From Setoptus koraiensis (Eukaryota; Animalia; Arthropoda), in contig CM106586.1 of NCBI GenBank assembly GCA_048013815.1, positions 5,022,001 through 5,086,000 on the forward strand: a stretch of 64,000 bases of DNA. Reading direction: 5' to 3'. Below are positions 10,062 to 22,900 of the stretch, piece after piece. The position numbers and the translations under genes are program-made. The notes below the pieces were generated by a model. That model was given only the letters and a program-made list of their open reading frames with translations, ran no database searches and was not told the origin of the DNA. How positions within the stretch are numbered: the stretch's first letter is position 1; each line of letters begins with the position of its first letter.

Positions 10062-10903
10062 TCAATTGTTTGTTATCTTTTTTGAAAATGGCGTATCCCT
10101 CTTGTTGTTGCCCGCTACGGCTTCTAGTCGATTGCCTCGATATGGCTTCCTTTCACTAAGTGGCTTAGGCTCAGCTTGTTTTGTTTGTGGCTCAGTACCT
10201 TGTTGTTCTGCCCTCAATTCTTTCAGCTTGGCACTTCGTTCGCGCTTCTCCTTCCTAGACACCAGCTTAATCCAGCCACCCTCGTCCTTGGTTTGTGTCT
10301 TATCATTGAGCCTAGGATTGGCCCCGGCAACTTTAATTTTCCTTTCCAATTGGGTGACTTGTTGTTTCTTGTTTTGTTCGGCCTCTAGCTTTTTGGCTGC
10401 CTCTTTCTTCTTGGCATCGGTCTCTTTGTTTTTCTTGGCCTGTTGCTCTTTCTTACTCTTATCACTGGTAGATTTAGCAACTGTAGCTTGCTTGCTGGTC
10501 GAATTGACCTTCTTGGCCTCGGAAGATTTCTGCTACGGCATTGGTCAGTGCAATGGGTGCGCGACATAGGCAAGCGTTATGCAAGATAATTGATAAGAAT
10601 GAATTTGAGAGAAACGAGATGATCAATTGCGACATTCATGGAGAGGTCAGTGTGCGTATGTCGAGTGTGTGTCAATTGACTTACCTTCGTTGTTGTAGTC
10701 TGTTTTTGTCTATTAGCAGCATTAGCAGCGGTTTTACTTAAATTCTTAGATCTCACTGATTTTGCTGATTTAGATTTGTTTGATTTGACAACAAATACAT
10801 AGTATAGAACGAACGAACTAATTGCAATTCCAAGAGCTGTGAGAGTTAGCGGACTCTTGAGTATATTCTCAATAGTAACAAATATCTCGTGTGATGGAGC
10901 CAT
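10062..10903 (-). CDS. MTDH: Single-pass membrane protein with Lys-rich tail, metadherin/LYRIC-like (2 exons: 10903-10685, 10529 or 10532-10062; about 228 aa)
   Basis: N-terminal TM segment (LTLTALGIAISSFVLYYVFVV); GTAAGT donor at 10684; TAGCAG acceptor at 10535-10530; phase 0/0 joins the two ORFs; DEGGWIKLVSRKEKR resembles the LYRIC motif DEGAWETKISHREKR as I recall it. The gene symbol is less certain than the gene model. Confidence 0.6.
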
Positions 10904-11657
10904 ATTTTTGAGACTAAGTGGCGTCGTCGGTGTATGTGGTACTTATATAATATCTAAGTGCTAATGTCCAAATAATTGTTTCTATTACCTATTCAATGTA
11001 TTTATGTGTGAATATATAATATGCTTGGCCCTATGTGTGCGTATAAATAATAATGTGATATAATAATAATAATTTCCTAATGATAGTATTGGTATGAGTT
11101 GTGCTAATTATTATTATCCTAGTGAGTTACCAAGAGTAATCACTTGTATTATATGGGTGTGTGATTATGTAATATGTTATCACCAAATGCCTAATTATTT
11201 GAATTATTATATATTATGTGTATATATATTAGATATATATGTTTGGATAAATAGATTATGACGTTGCTTGTGCCTAGACGAATGCGAATGTTTGCTGGAT
11301 TAGAGTGTCGACATTTGGTGGAATATCCGTGGACACAGGTTGAGATTGAGATGAGGAATTAGCGTTATTGTAGTTCAATGAGCGAGAGCAACAAGTACTA
11401 GTCGGGCTGGCCCCAAAGAGTTGGCTTGCGTGCTGTGGAGTGGGCTGGCGTCAGCGCTCTCGGATCCAACAATAACAATAATGGTAATAATAGTAGCAAT
11501 AATAATGGTAGAAATAATAATAATAATATTAATAATAATAATATGCCGTTGCTCAATTACATACAAGTATTATATAAATTATATGGCTCAATTGTGTGTG
11601 GCTCAAGATGACTGTGTGTTTGTTGCGTTGTCCCGTTGTTGTTGTGCTAACATCCGA

Positions 11658-12413
11658 TTAGACGATGGTAACGGTGTAGCCGGTGATTGATTCGCATTTG
11701 GCTTGCTGGTCCGGCGAAGCTCGTTGTTGGGCGTTCGTTCCACTTCGAACGCTAGAATATTCGAATGATTGCTCTGAGGCTCTCAGTCTCTTTCGCTCGC
11801 TCGCTCTTTGTTTGTGTCTCTGCAAAAAGAGATTTTAATCATGTAAGAGGATAAATTTGTGATAATTTATGATAGAGTTGCCAAGAATAAATACAAATGC
11901 CACTAGCGGCTCTCCGACAACAACAACACCATCATCATCAGCATGATCGTTTTATAGTTTTCCACTTGTACCCTGTAAGTGTGGTGTGTGTGTGTCTGTG
12001 TGTGTGTGTGTCTGTATCTGTGGATGGCAGCAGTGGCGTCGGCGTCACTTGCGGCGGCGGCAGTAGCGGCAGCGGTGGTTGTAGTTGTGGTTGTGGCAGC
12101 AACAGCAGCAGCAGCAACAGCAGCAGCTTTTTACTAGTGATAGCACTATTAAAAAACGATTATATAATATATATATATGTATTTGTATATATGTATTTGC
12201 GGCCAGATATAGATATAGCTATGGGATGGATAGCTTGAGATTGCGGATGTCGTTGTTGTTTTACATAGATACTGTATATTGTAAACAACACATCCAACTG
12301 GCTTACATTTTCTCTACTGTCTGCTACTGCTGCTTGTGAGCGCTGCACTGTCTGCAGGCTGCCGCTGACAGTAGTGCCAAACTGCTGCAAGTAGCAGCCA
12401 TTATGATGCACCA
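11658..12413 (-). other. Possible two terminal exons of an unidentified minus-strand gene (12413-12307, 11819-11658)
   Basis: CACAG acceptor, GTAAGC donor at 12306 and TCTCTTTTTGCAG acceptor join in frame (VHHNGCYLQQ...SREN|RHKQRASERKRLR...TIV*); no upstream exon or homology found. Confidence 0.2.
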
Positions 12414-15073
12414 CTGTGTGTCTACACTGTAGACTCTACAGGGTCCAGCGAAAGTTTTGATTTGAGAGACAGTTGCCTAGTTGAGACACATTCAGTGCGC
12501 GCTCTTGCCACAGTGCGTCGCTCCCGGCGCACTTCAACCTGTCACTCGTGCCACTGTGATGCATCACAAAAAACAGATGAGCACAGGCAAATTTGATCTG
12601 ACAAGATCAATTCGTGAAAAGATCAACCGAAAATGTCACCTTGGGTCAATATTGACACAGCCACGAGCTCGCCAACATGCTGAGTGGACGGTGCCGGCCA
12701 GCCCGTTGTCACCTGTTGCACGCTGATGTGGCGCGTTAATCACGCCTAACAGCGCACCGAGCTGGCTCAAAGTTTGACCGATCGTCGGTCACGGCACCGC
12801 CGATTGTAGTTAATTGTCGCTAGCGGTCGATCGGGTGCACGGATAATGACAGATAGCGTACATGTAGCCTACATGATGTAGGTGATGGGTTCAATTGTCG
12901 AGCTGTCGATTGCAACGTGAGCAATGGCAGTGCCCGTGAGCGACTCACGAACGATCGAGCGATACAAACAATCTATCATACATCATGTATGTACGAGTGA
13001 GATAGCGCCGTGGCGACTATCGGACGATTGGCGCACTAAAAGCAGATCAATACTTTCGCCTGTGGCGCGCACCATACCACAGATGGTAGCGCAGCACGGC
13101 AGCAACAGCGCCAAGCAAGACGCTGCACTTGCAAATCGCAACCTGTACTGCGCTTGCACCGGCTGCCGCACTTGCAACTGCGGCGGCTGCGGCGGCAGCC
13201 GGTGCAGTGCGTGTGTCTTGTAGTGCCACATAGACAGTCATGCTTGCGAGGATTTGTGCTGCTTGCAGCGCCGCTGCGTGGCCATCATATGGTGCAGGAG
13301 CGTGCACCGCTGCACCATTCATCGGCGCAGGCTGCAGCACTTGTCTAGTTGTGTCATGGAAACAAAACATGCAATTGTAACGATGACTTTGTATTTTTTC
13401 TTTTCTATTTGTATTTGTATTTGTATTTAAATCAGTGCCATTTGTTACGTAACACTATTGCCAGTGTTTAGCACTGTGTGGACACAGAGTGTGCGATACA
13501 GTTTAGAGTGGCGTCAAATTAGTGAATGGCGCCAAGTGGAGCAAGACAGTTTGTGTGACTTACAAACTGTTTATGGACTCCTTTTGGGTGTCGCGTGGGA
13601 CATACATGGCTGGCGCTTGTTGTTTGTCACAAGCAATTAGCTGCTTGTCATTTGTCATCGCAAATGTGACTCACAAGTGAGCATTATGTCATAATAAGCT
13701 GGCATCAATTGCCAGCAACATCATTGACAACATTGGCAACATTGTGAGTGACAGACTATCGACGACTCGACACACGAGATTGGCTCTCGTCTCGTCACTA
13801 GACTCTAGTGACTAGACTCTAGTGACTACAGCCACCGATTGAATCCATTGGCTCTCCAATGCAACAACGTAACTAATGGTGAGTCGTTTCATGGCGAGCC
13901 AATGAGAGGTTTCCGACTGCTCGCATTACGACACCACCACTGCCAGATCGGACGCGAGAGGACGCCACTGCGCGCCCGATCCGTGACCGTCGGTGGCGTC
14001 ACCTGACAAACAAGCGGCAAACTTGAGACACTTGTTTGTTGAACAAACTTTCCTTTGGCGAACAAAAGGTAGCGTCGCAATCGGTGATCTCGGCCGGTGT
14101 CCATCGGCACCGAGATGACCAACCATTAACCACGACATTGCGGCTACCGGACACCAGATGTCGCGCTTGATCAGCTTGGCGTGCCAACGGTCAATGTCCA
14201 TTGGACACCAGCCACGATTGGCGCAACTCGTGCTCGCTCGCCAAGCCAAAGTGTGGCCACGTTCGACAGGTGTCTGCTCGCCAAGGGCCCGGGGGCAATT
14301 TCGAGCGCTCCCTGGCGGATTGAGCGCCAATCAGTCCGGCAGTCACAACTTGTGAGTCACAAGTGTTAATATTGTCGGTCGAGTGAGACGTCGACTGACT
14401 GAATGACGCAACTTGATAGATCCAATTAATAACGGCGGCACGTATACACGTAATACACGAACACAGTAAGCGACACAAGTGAATTGTTAGCCGAGTGTGC
14501 GCAAAATGAGCAATTAGCCAATATTAATCAGAGTGCGAGTGACGCAAGCAGGCAAAAGTGACTTGTCACGCCAATTAAATTCATTTTTCACTCATTAAAT
14601 GCATTTTGCATTTGTGAGAGTTGCAGTCAGATTGGGAGTGAGAGTCAGAGTTGGTTAAAGTGTCTGGCAGAGTGAGCACATTCACTCATGACAGGGACGA
14701 GCAAGAGGTCAGAATGCTCTGAATCGACCAACAAAATGTTTTAAATGGCCAGCCGGCCGGAGCTCGGCCAGCTTTGGCTCGATCGGGCAGCCAGGTGAGC
14801 CGCCGAACGAGCGATGTCAACCATGTCAACGAATGGGCAAACTTTTGGTTACGCGTACATTATCATGGCCACTATTGTTGGGTCGGCATTGCCGAGCCAA
14901 CAATAACAAACTAACAACAAAGGACAAGGCCCATTCAAAATTAGCTCAATGTCATATCGGCTGATCCTCCTCGGTTGATCCTCGTTGGCTGACCATCGGC
15001 CGTCTTGCCAGCAGCAGCAGCAGCACATCAAACGTCAAATGTCAAACAGCGGCCAAACAGACAGTGGACATGA

Positions 15074-16123
15074 GTGTTGCCGATAATAACGGCCGCATTA
15101 TTGAATAACGGCGTAAGTGGGTCAACGACCGATGCGACCAATCTTCGTCGTTGTGTTCTTTTGTCGGCCACTAACAAGTGGTCGATGCCGCATACATGCA
15201 TATTTGCATGTCGAACAAGCGCCGATTTGGTATCGGCGAGGGGTGACGGAGACTTTCGTTTCGTTCTTTGCGATCGTCTCATGGCGATCGGTTCGCCTCT
15301 TTTTGTGCCCGTTTCAAGTTCGCTCTCTCCCTTTCGGACACTGGACACACACAGTGGCCGCTCCGTACGAGCCGAAGAAGCGACAGGTGGACAGCGCATT
15401 GTTGCATGCGGTGGCCGCAGTGAAGGTAAGGCGCTTTTTGCTGGTTGCAAACTAACGACAGCGCAGCGGAGCGGCCAATTTTGTAAGCATGTACATTTTT
15501 TAATATTGTTAGCGCATCGTCATACCTGGTGGCAGTGGCAGCGACAGCGTGAAGAGCGGCCATGGCTACTGTGTGTCGAAGCGAAATGCGATCGCACCGA
15601 CATCGACAATATCGGCGCTTGCGTAACTCACTTAGGCGCTGCAAGTTGCCGCGATGGGCAGCATCTCGTCGAGTGGACGACAGCGCCAAGCGATGCAAAC
15701 AAACTTGCGAGTGCAAACTTCGGCGTTTACAAACTTTGGAGTGCAAGGTTTACACTGAGAGGGCCGCTGACAAACAAAGAAGTGAACGATGACAATGGCG
15801 ACTCCTCTTCTTTTTATCCCTTGTGGTGCTCACATTATACATTTGGCATTATACATTTGGCATTCGACATTTCACATTGTGCATTTTGCGTTGCTCACTA
15901 TGAGTCGCATAGTATGAGACGAGTCAGCCCACTTCACTTTAGGCAACTTTCGGCGCTCCGATCGACGAGCGTTGTTTGCATTCTGGCAAGCGAGCGCTCG
16001 CCGAGCGATGGGAGGGGCTTCGCCAGTGGCGAGCCATCATCGGCAAGTGCCAATGGCTTGTCACTGGCGATTGGAACGATGTTGCCGACAACATTTCGCG
16101 ATGGTAATGATCTTGACACATGA
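15074..16123 (+). other. 349-codon open frame of uncertain status
   Basis: Longest unexplained ORF; GTG start only; possible in-frame introns at 15113-15178 and 15426-15512; no recognisable family. Confidence 0.3.
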
Positions 16124-16949
16124 AGCATATCTGTCATCCAAGAGTCGTTGTCGTCGTTCTCTGGTGCATAGTTGCACATAATTGCAAAATAGACCAACAC
16201 ACACACACACACAATTTAGCTGCCAAGAGACGCCAAGAGCAAAGAAAAGAAAAGTTTACAAGTACCCAAATTTTCGATTGTGTGTTATCTTTTGCAACTT
16301 GTCGCCTAGTTGAAGTTAATCAGCGGCCGATCGCCCATTTCGGGTCGCCTGCAAAACGCAAAAATAGTGCAACAGCAGTGCCCAAAAAAAGCCAGCTCAA
16401 CAGCCAGAATATAGCCAGCTCAATTGCCAGAATATAGCCAGCTCAATTGCCAGAATATAGCCAGCGATCGGAGTGTGTTCCAGTGAGACACTTCAGACAC
16501 TTGTGACACTCGATAGACAATCAGCGAAAACAGATAAGCACAAATTGATCACTTGTCACCTTTCGCTGCTCACCTGTGAGGCTTCGGTCGCCATGGTAAC
16601 ATTTGTCATTGTCAGCGCGAGCAGCGCCACAGACACACTTGTCACAAGAGCACTTGCCAGTGATTTATAGTCGCCATCACTTTCAGTTCGGCCCGCCAGC
16701 AGTGCGTACTTTTTGACGTGCTTCCCCGTTGCGTCACAGGAAACGACTTCCGAAGCGACCAGTGGTGACTAGCCACACAAAACCCATCATCTTGTTGTTG
16801 TGTGAGAGTGTCCAACAGTGTGTTGTCAGTTGTCATTGATCGAAGCTTCGCCGTCGAGCAAGCATCGTCGCTGATCTCACAACGTTGTCAGTCGTCACTG
16901 CAAGCAGTAGCCGGCATCAAATACAATATTTAATTAGTGCACCAACACA

Positions 16950-19900
16950 ATGAAGTCATCAAAAAAGTTGATTAGCGCCCACGGCGGCCCGACACTGCTC
17001 ACCATTGTGTGTGGCTGTTGGCTGGCCGGCGCAACGTGGGCCCACCAGCACGACGGGCCCGTCTTGCGACACGCCAACTACTCATCGGGCGCCCCTCTCG
17101 GTTCTCACGCCAACCACAACAACTACAGCGGCAACTTCAACAACAACAACCACAACAGCAACAACTTCAACAACAACAACCACAACAGCAACAACTTCAA
17201 CAACAACAACCACAACGACAACCACAACGAGCACGAGCTGCACGAGGCCGCCTCGAAGCTGCAACTGCTGCAGCGGATATCGCACAATCTTGACCGGCAC
17301 CAGCAGTCGCTGAACAAACGCGACCTGATTAACGCGCAATTGATGCACGCAAACGCCGACCAATTGGCGCCCGAATTCAACAGCCAAAACAGTGATACGA
17401 ACAACAACAATCGCCTCATATCGGCCATACTCATACAGAACCTGCTCGGGGGTCAGCAACAGCAGCAGCATCAAGACGCCAACAATCACAGAATCTCAGA
17501 GCGATACGTCAATGTTACGTCACAATCGAGCGGCAGCGCCGACAACTTGACCAATGCGCGCAACGCTCAGCAGCGTCACCAGCACCAAGCCAGCGAGCCC
17601 AATTTGCAGCAGCTAGGGGGCGCCGCTAGGGCCCGCGACGATGCGGACCAGGCGGCCCGACAGCAGCAGCAGAGAATTCTCAGCAACAGGTGGATCAATT
17701 TGGAGCGGAGCTTCGAGCAGTCGATCGACTCGGCGGCCTCTTACATGGCGCCGCTGATCGGCTTGGCGCTCGCCAACAGCAGCTCCCCTGTCGGCGGGTC
17801 CTGCAAGCAGGCCCTGCTGGATGTGATGCGCGACGGCCGGGACGAGCGAGCGGTGCTGGCGCAAAGTGAGTACAACCACCAGTTGCAATCAGAAATTTTG
17901 CCAAATAATCGCCAGATAATTTCACGTGTAAGTTCACACGTGAATAACCGTTTCGATCAACTATCTGTCCCTCTCCACTGTCTCTGTCAACTGTTAACTG
18001 TCAAATCAAAACGTCAAGTGCTGGACGCAAGCGCCAAACTTCCGTCGGGAATCCTGGAGGGCACACTGACCGAATTGGGCAACTACGACGAGTGTCTGCG
18101 CATAACAAGCGGCAAGCTCAGCGTGAGGGGCGCCTATTGCACAATACAAATAAAGCCACCCTTGCCGGCGCGACCTCGTTTGCATACGATATGTCAGAAA
18201 CAGCTGATTGGAAGTGTCGCCAATGCGTCGCAGGCGAACAGGATCGTCAGGCATCTCGCTCAACACAGCCACGAGTTTCATTATGTGGGCCTCAGAATGG
18301 GCCTGTGCGTGCCCTCTAAATGCACCAAATCGGACATTCACAGTCTGCTGGTGGCGCACCTGAGCCAGCACGAACTGTCAGTGGACGTCAAGAGCTGTCA
18401 GACGATGGCCGCCAGAGGCGTCACTTACGACAACTATCAGCTGTCCATAATGTAAGTACCAGTGTTTGGATTGGCACCGAATTGGCTCTTTTGTGCATTT
18501 GTGTAATACAATTTTGTAATACAAATTTCGTATTTGTGTACACACAGTTGTCAATTGTGTCCGTCAATATTCACGCATGAATTCACCCCTGACTGGCGGG
18601 TCAGAGGCTGCTCGAAGCCGCTGACATGCCGCACATATTACATAAGTACATGCTGCACTTACATAAGTATATACCAAACTTACATAAGTATACATTGTCA
18701 CGGCACAAGTGATGCGACATTTGCGGCGGCCATTCCACGGGCTGCAGCGGCGGCCATTCTTCAGGGTCAGCGAATTCTCTGAATGAATTCTGGCGGCCAG
18801 TTGTCTGCGCGAATTCTTTCGACGAGTTCTCTGCGCGCATTCTCTGCGCCGAGACGCTTCGACTGAATTCTCTGCGCCTTCGGCGGGCACTGCGATATGA
18901 GACTCGGCGAGAAGCCACGGGACTCGGCGAGACGCCATGCGACTCGGCGGGATGAGTGGCCTATGAGACGGCGGTCGTTGTCGGGCATGCGCTTGCGACT
19001 GATGAACATGATTGCATTAATATTAATGGGCGCCGCCGCTATCTTGCCACCGATCTAGTCACTAGATTCTAGTCACTGGATTCTAGTGTAAATGGCCTGT
19101 CACTTGCTGTTGGCCGTCAGATAAAACGCTGCCAGATGAGACGCTGAAACCTGTGCCAGGTCAAGCCGCCACTGAGTTAGAGAGAAGCTCGAGTTGAATG
19201 ATTCCATGATTCGGATTCATGATTCTCGCTTTTCACACACGTCGGCCGATGGCGTGTCGTTTGGGCCACTTCGGCCAATGGACGCACCATCTCGGAGAAG
19301 CGTCCCGAAGGGTACATCGTCGCAAGGTGCCTGCGCCAAAGTGTCATAGATGCTCGCCGACCGAGTGTCGCCCGCCGGTCGCGTTCTCTCGGACAATTTG
19401 CCCGTTTGTGGTCTGGTGGCCGTCGAAAGGGTTGCGTTCGCGGAAACGGCCACTTCCGTCTCGATTTGAGACTCTCGAAGTGGCGTCAGTGTTTGCACTG
19501 TCGGAGGCGATCGCGCGACGGCTAATGAGCCGCACTCACAACTGTCAGTGTTGGACACTGACACTTAGACAGTCAGTGCAGAGTGTGTACAGAAATAACA
19601 CCAATCGCCGATCAGTTATGTAATAACTGACAGCGGACCATTCACGCCGCCATCATTAGAGCCGTCGTGACTATGCGTTTGTGTGTCAATCCGGTTATTT
19701 AACTCATTTGCATAATTAATTATTGCAGCGACAGCAACACACAAACCACTTGTTGCTGCCACCGCTTATGTCGCCCGCTTACAACGACAACGACAACACA
19801 ACAACGACGACAACAACGACAATAACAACAATCACACTATTTCACAATCTCGCAATCGCACACAGGTCAACGTTTGCATTCATTACATTGTTGGTCATTT

Positions 19901-22900
19901 TGGGAACCCTGTACGAGACTTGCAGCCACACTGGTTATAACAGCGGCCAATCGCCGGCCATCTATCATGGGCCCGCCGGCCAGCACTCAATGGTGGCCCT
20001 AACAAAGGAGCGAGCCAAAGGTAAGCCTGCATTGCTGCCCGTCATTTCATACCTGTCGTGCCGTCGGTGTCGCCGTCGTCCAGTGCTAAAATGAAAGTTA
20101 TTTGTGAAAGTCGCTGCGCGCTGCTGTCCGCAAACGACCGACATTTGCTCACAATTTGTTAGTCGCACATTTGCATAAATGACGACCGGTCGGCCGTTCG
20201 GCCGGCAGCGAATGTCCGAATATCCGACTGTCCAAATGTCCGAACGTCCGAACGTCCGAACGTCCGAATATCCGAATGTCCGACAGGCACTCAATTAGGG
20301 CGAGTGTCCCATTGTCGCGCGTGAGATTCGCACATATTGATTGATATCATCGACTGACTGACATTCACCCACGTCTCTGGCGGGCAGCGAAACACGGTGC
20401 GCAAGCGATCGGCGGGTGCGATGTCGCACATCACAGTCGACCAGTCGAATTGGCGCCACCGACACTCACGCCGACACTCACACCGACACGCACGCCGACG
20501 CGCACGCCGATATGCCGACTGACACTACCGTTGGCAGCACAAAGTTTGGCCGGCGACGGCTCGACGGTGACGACAGGTAGCGCTGGTGTGATAAGTGTGG
20601 CCAAATAAAATTAATCACCGTTTTCCGTTTCTCGCCACTTGCACTGTCTACACAAACTATCACCATATCACGCAATAACAGGCGATAACGTTGCCCTGGC
20701 AACGGCTCGCAAGGAAGCGCCCTCAATGTTGCTGTACAGCGATTTCGTTAGCGATCCGACAGCCACCGGCAAGCGGCAACAACCGAAGCGAACTGGGTGG
20801 CTCGGTTCCGTTTTGTTGTGCTTCTCACTGATGAGAAACTGTCAGCAATTGGTGCGAGTGAAGCACCACAAACATCGGGCCACCACAAGCGCCGCGTCCG
20901 AGGCCGGCAGCAGCGTAGATGCGGCCATGGTGGCACCCAGCGCGGACCCGCCAACCGAGGACCTGCAGGTTATCCACGGATTGCGAGTCGTGACCATGAC
21001 TTGGATTATATTCAGCCACTCGATCGGCCTGGTAAACCCTGAGATGATGAGTAAGTAGCTACAATTTTACGCTTATTTCGAGCATTAACATCAGCTGACT
21101 AGTTAACTTGTATCAGCTCGACAGTGTCGACTCGACGGCGTCAGCTGACGCCAATGTCAACCAACTTGCAGTGTCACTGGCGGTGTCATTGGCAAGCCGC
21201 GAACGGCGTACGGGCGCGCGCTTGCCATGTTTACGCATGATCTAATTAGATTAGCCGCACCAACAGGGGCTTCCATTTCCGCCAGTCATCGGCTCGGCTC
21301 GATTCGAGCGCGTTCGAGCCGATTCCCGGCAATACAATGACAAGCAGCGAGAGGCTTGAAATCAATTCGAAACTCGCAGATTATTAATTGTTTGTGTGCT
21401 CTAGATGATGTTTGCTGTCGTCGTTAATGCGCTCGTTTGTATCGCACAAGCTAATGGCGCCCGCTCGCCGAGCTACCAACGCGATATGAGTAACACCATG
21501 TTAGTAGCACAATGTCAGTGGCTGGCGATAACCAGTTTTGTCTGACAACTTCTCTGACAATTTCTCTGTGCTCGCGAGCGACGCGTAACGGTGATTCCGA
21601 CAGGCATCGTTAGCAGGCATCGTACGGCACACACAAACGGCGCCAACAGCGGCCGCCAACGGGCGACAAAGTTGCAATCACGCGATCATTAACGTTCGCC
21701 TCCACTCGCGACAGGTGAGTTCGCGACAGGTGAGTTTGCGACAGGCGAACGCTTTGTCGACTCGCTCTGTTGATACTTTGTTGCGCTGCCATCGCTGGCC
21801 TGCATGATCCAGAATCAGGTTATGAGCGCTGCTGATGCCGCCGATCGGATGCCGGCTGATCCAATTTGCAATAAAACGCAATTTGTATTTATTTCAGAAC
21901 GCGCGCATTGGCTGCAAATGCGCGGCCGGCGCGATTTGCAAACTCGCTCTGCAAACATTGACTCATTAACTCTCATTAACTCTCATCGACAATCATCAAC
22001 CGCATACGCGTACGCTGCAATGCCGACACTTTGTACAGGTAATTTGTTCGCGTTGTCGCAATTGTCGTGCACGTCGTTGCCGTTGCAGGCGCTGCTGAAC
22101 GGAACCTTGGCCGTCAACACTTTCTTTATGATCAGTGGTCTGGTTACTGCCATCAGTTTCGCTAGAAAGTGTCTCCAATCGACGACGACAACGCCGCCGC
22201 CGACTAGCTGCACAACAACCGCCGACAGCAACAACCTGTTGCTGTTGCGACACCAACTAATGACAGCCACGGCCATAAACAAACAACAGGTTGTTTTGGG
22301 ATCGGGCGCCAACAGTGACACAACAAACGTCAAGCTTATCAATGACAACAGCGACACGTCGAGCTCGCCCAGCCTGAGCCAAGCCAGCAGCCGTAGGAGT
22401 AGCAACGGCCAAGCGGCCACTAGTGGCGCCCAAAACGGGACAACAGTGCCGGCTAACAACGCGACCACTGACTTCGGTCGTCACATTGGCCACTCGGCGC
22501 CCCTTATCGAGTCGCCGCTCATTGAGTCGCCCGACAGCGAGTCCGGCCCGTGCCGCTCGTCGCTGTCGTCGGGCTCAACTGTGACGGCCGCCTCGTCAAC
22601 AGCCTCGTCACCGGCCCGAGCAACGCTTCGTCATCAACAAACAAAATTTCAACCGCTATTGTGGCTGGCGATGCGGTACGTGCGCCTCACGCCCACCTAT
22701 GCGGTCATCATAGGCGCGTCCATTGTGCTGCCCCTGGCGGGATCGGGCCCATTCTGGCAGGAGACCGTGGACAGCCTCAGCGAAAATTGCCGCCACAATT
22801 GGTGGAAGAATTTGCTTTACGTCAACAATTTTCTCGACACAAACAAGCTCTGTCTCATACACTCGTGGTACCTCAGCAACGACTTTCAGTTCCACCTGGT

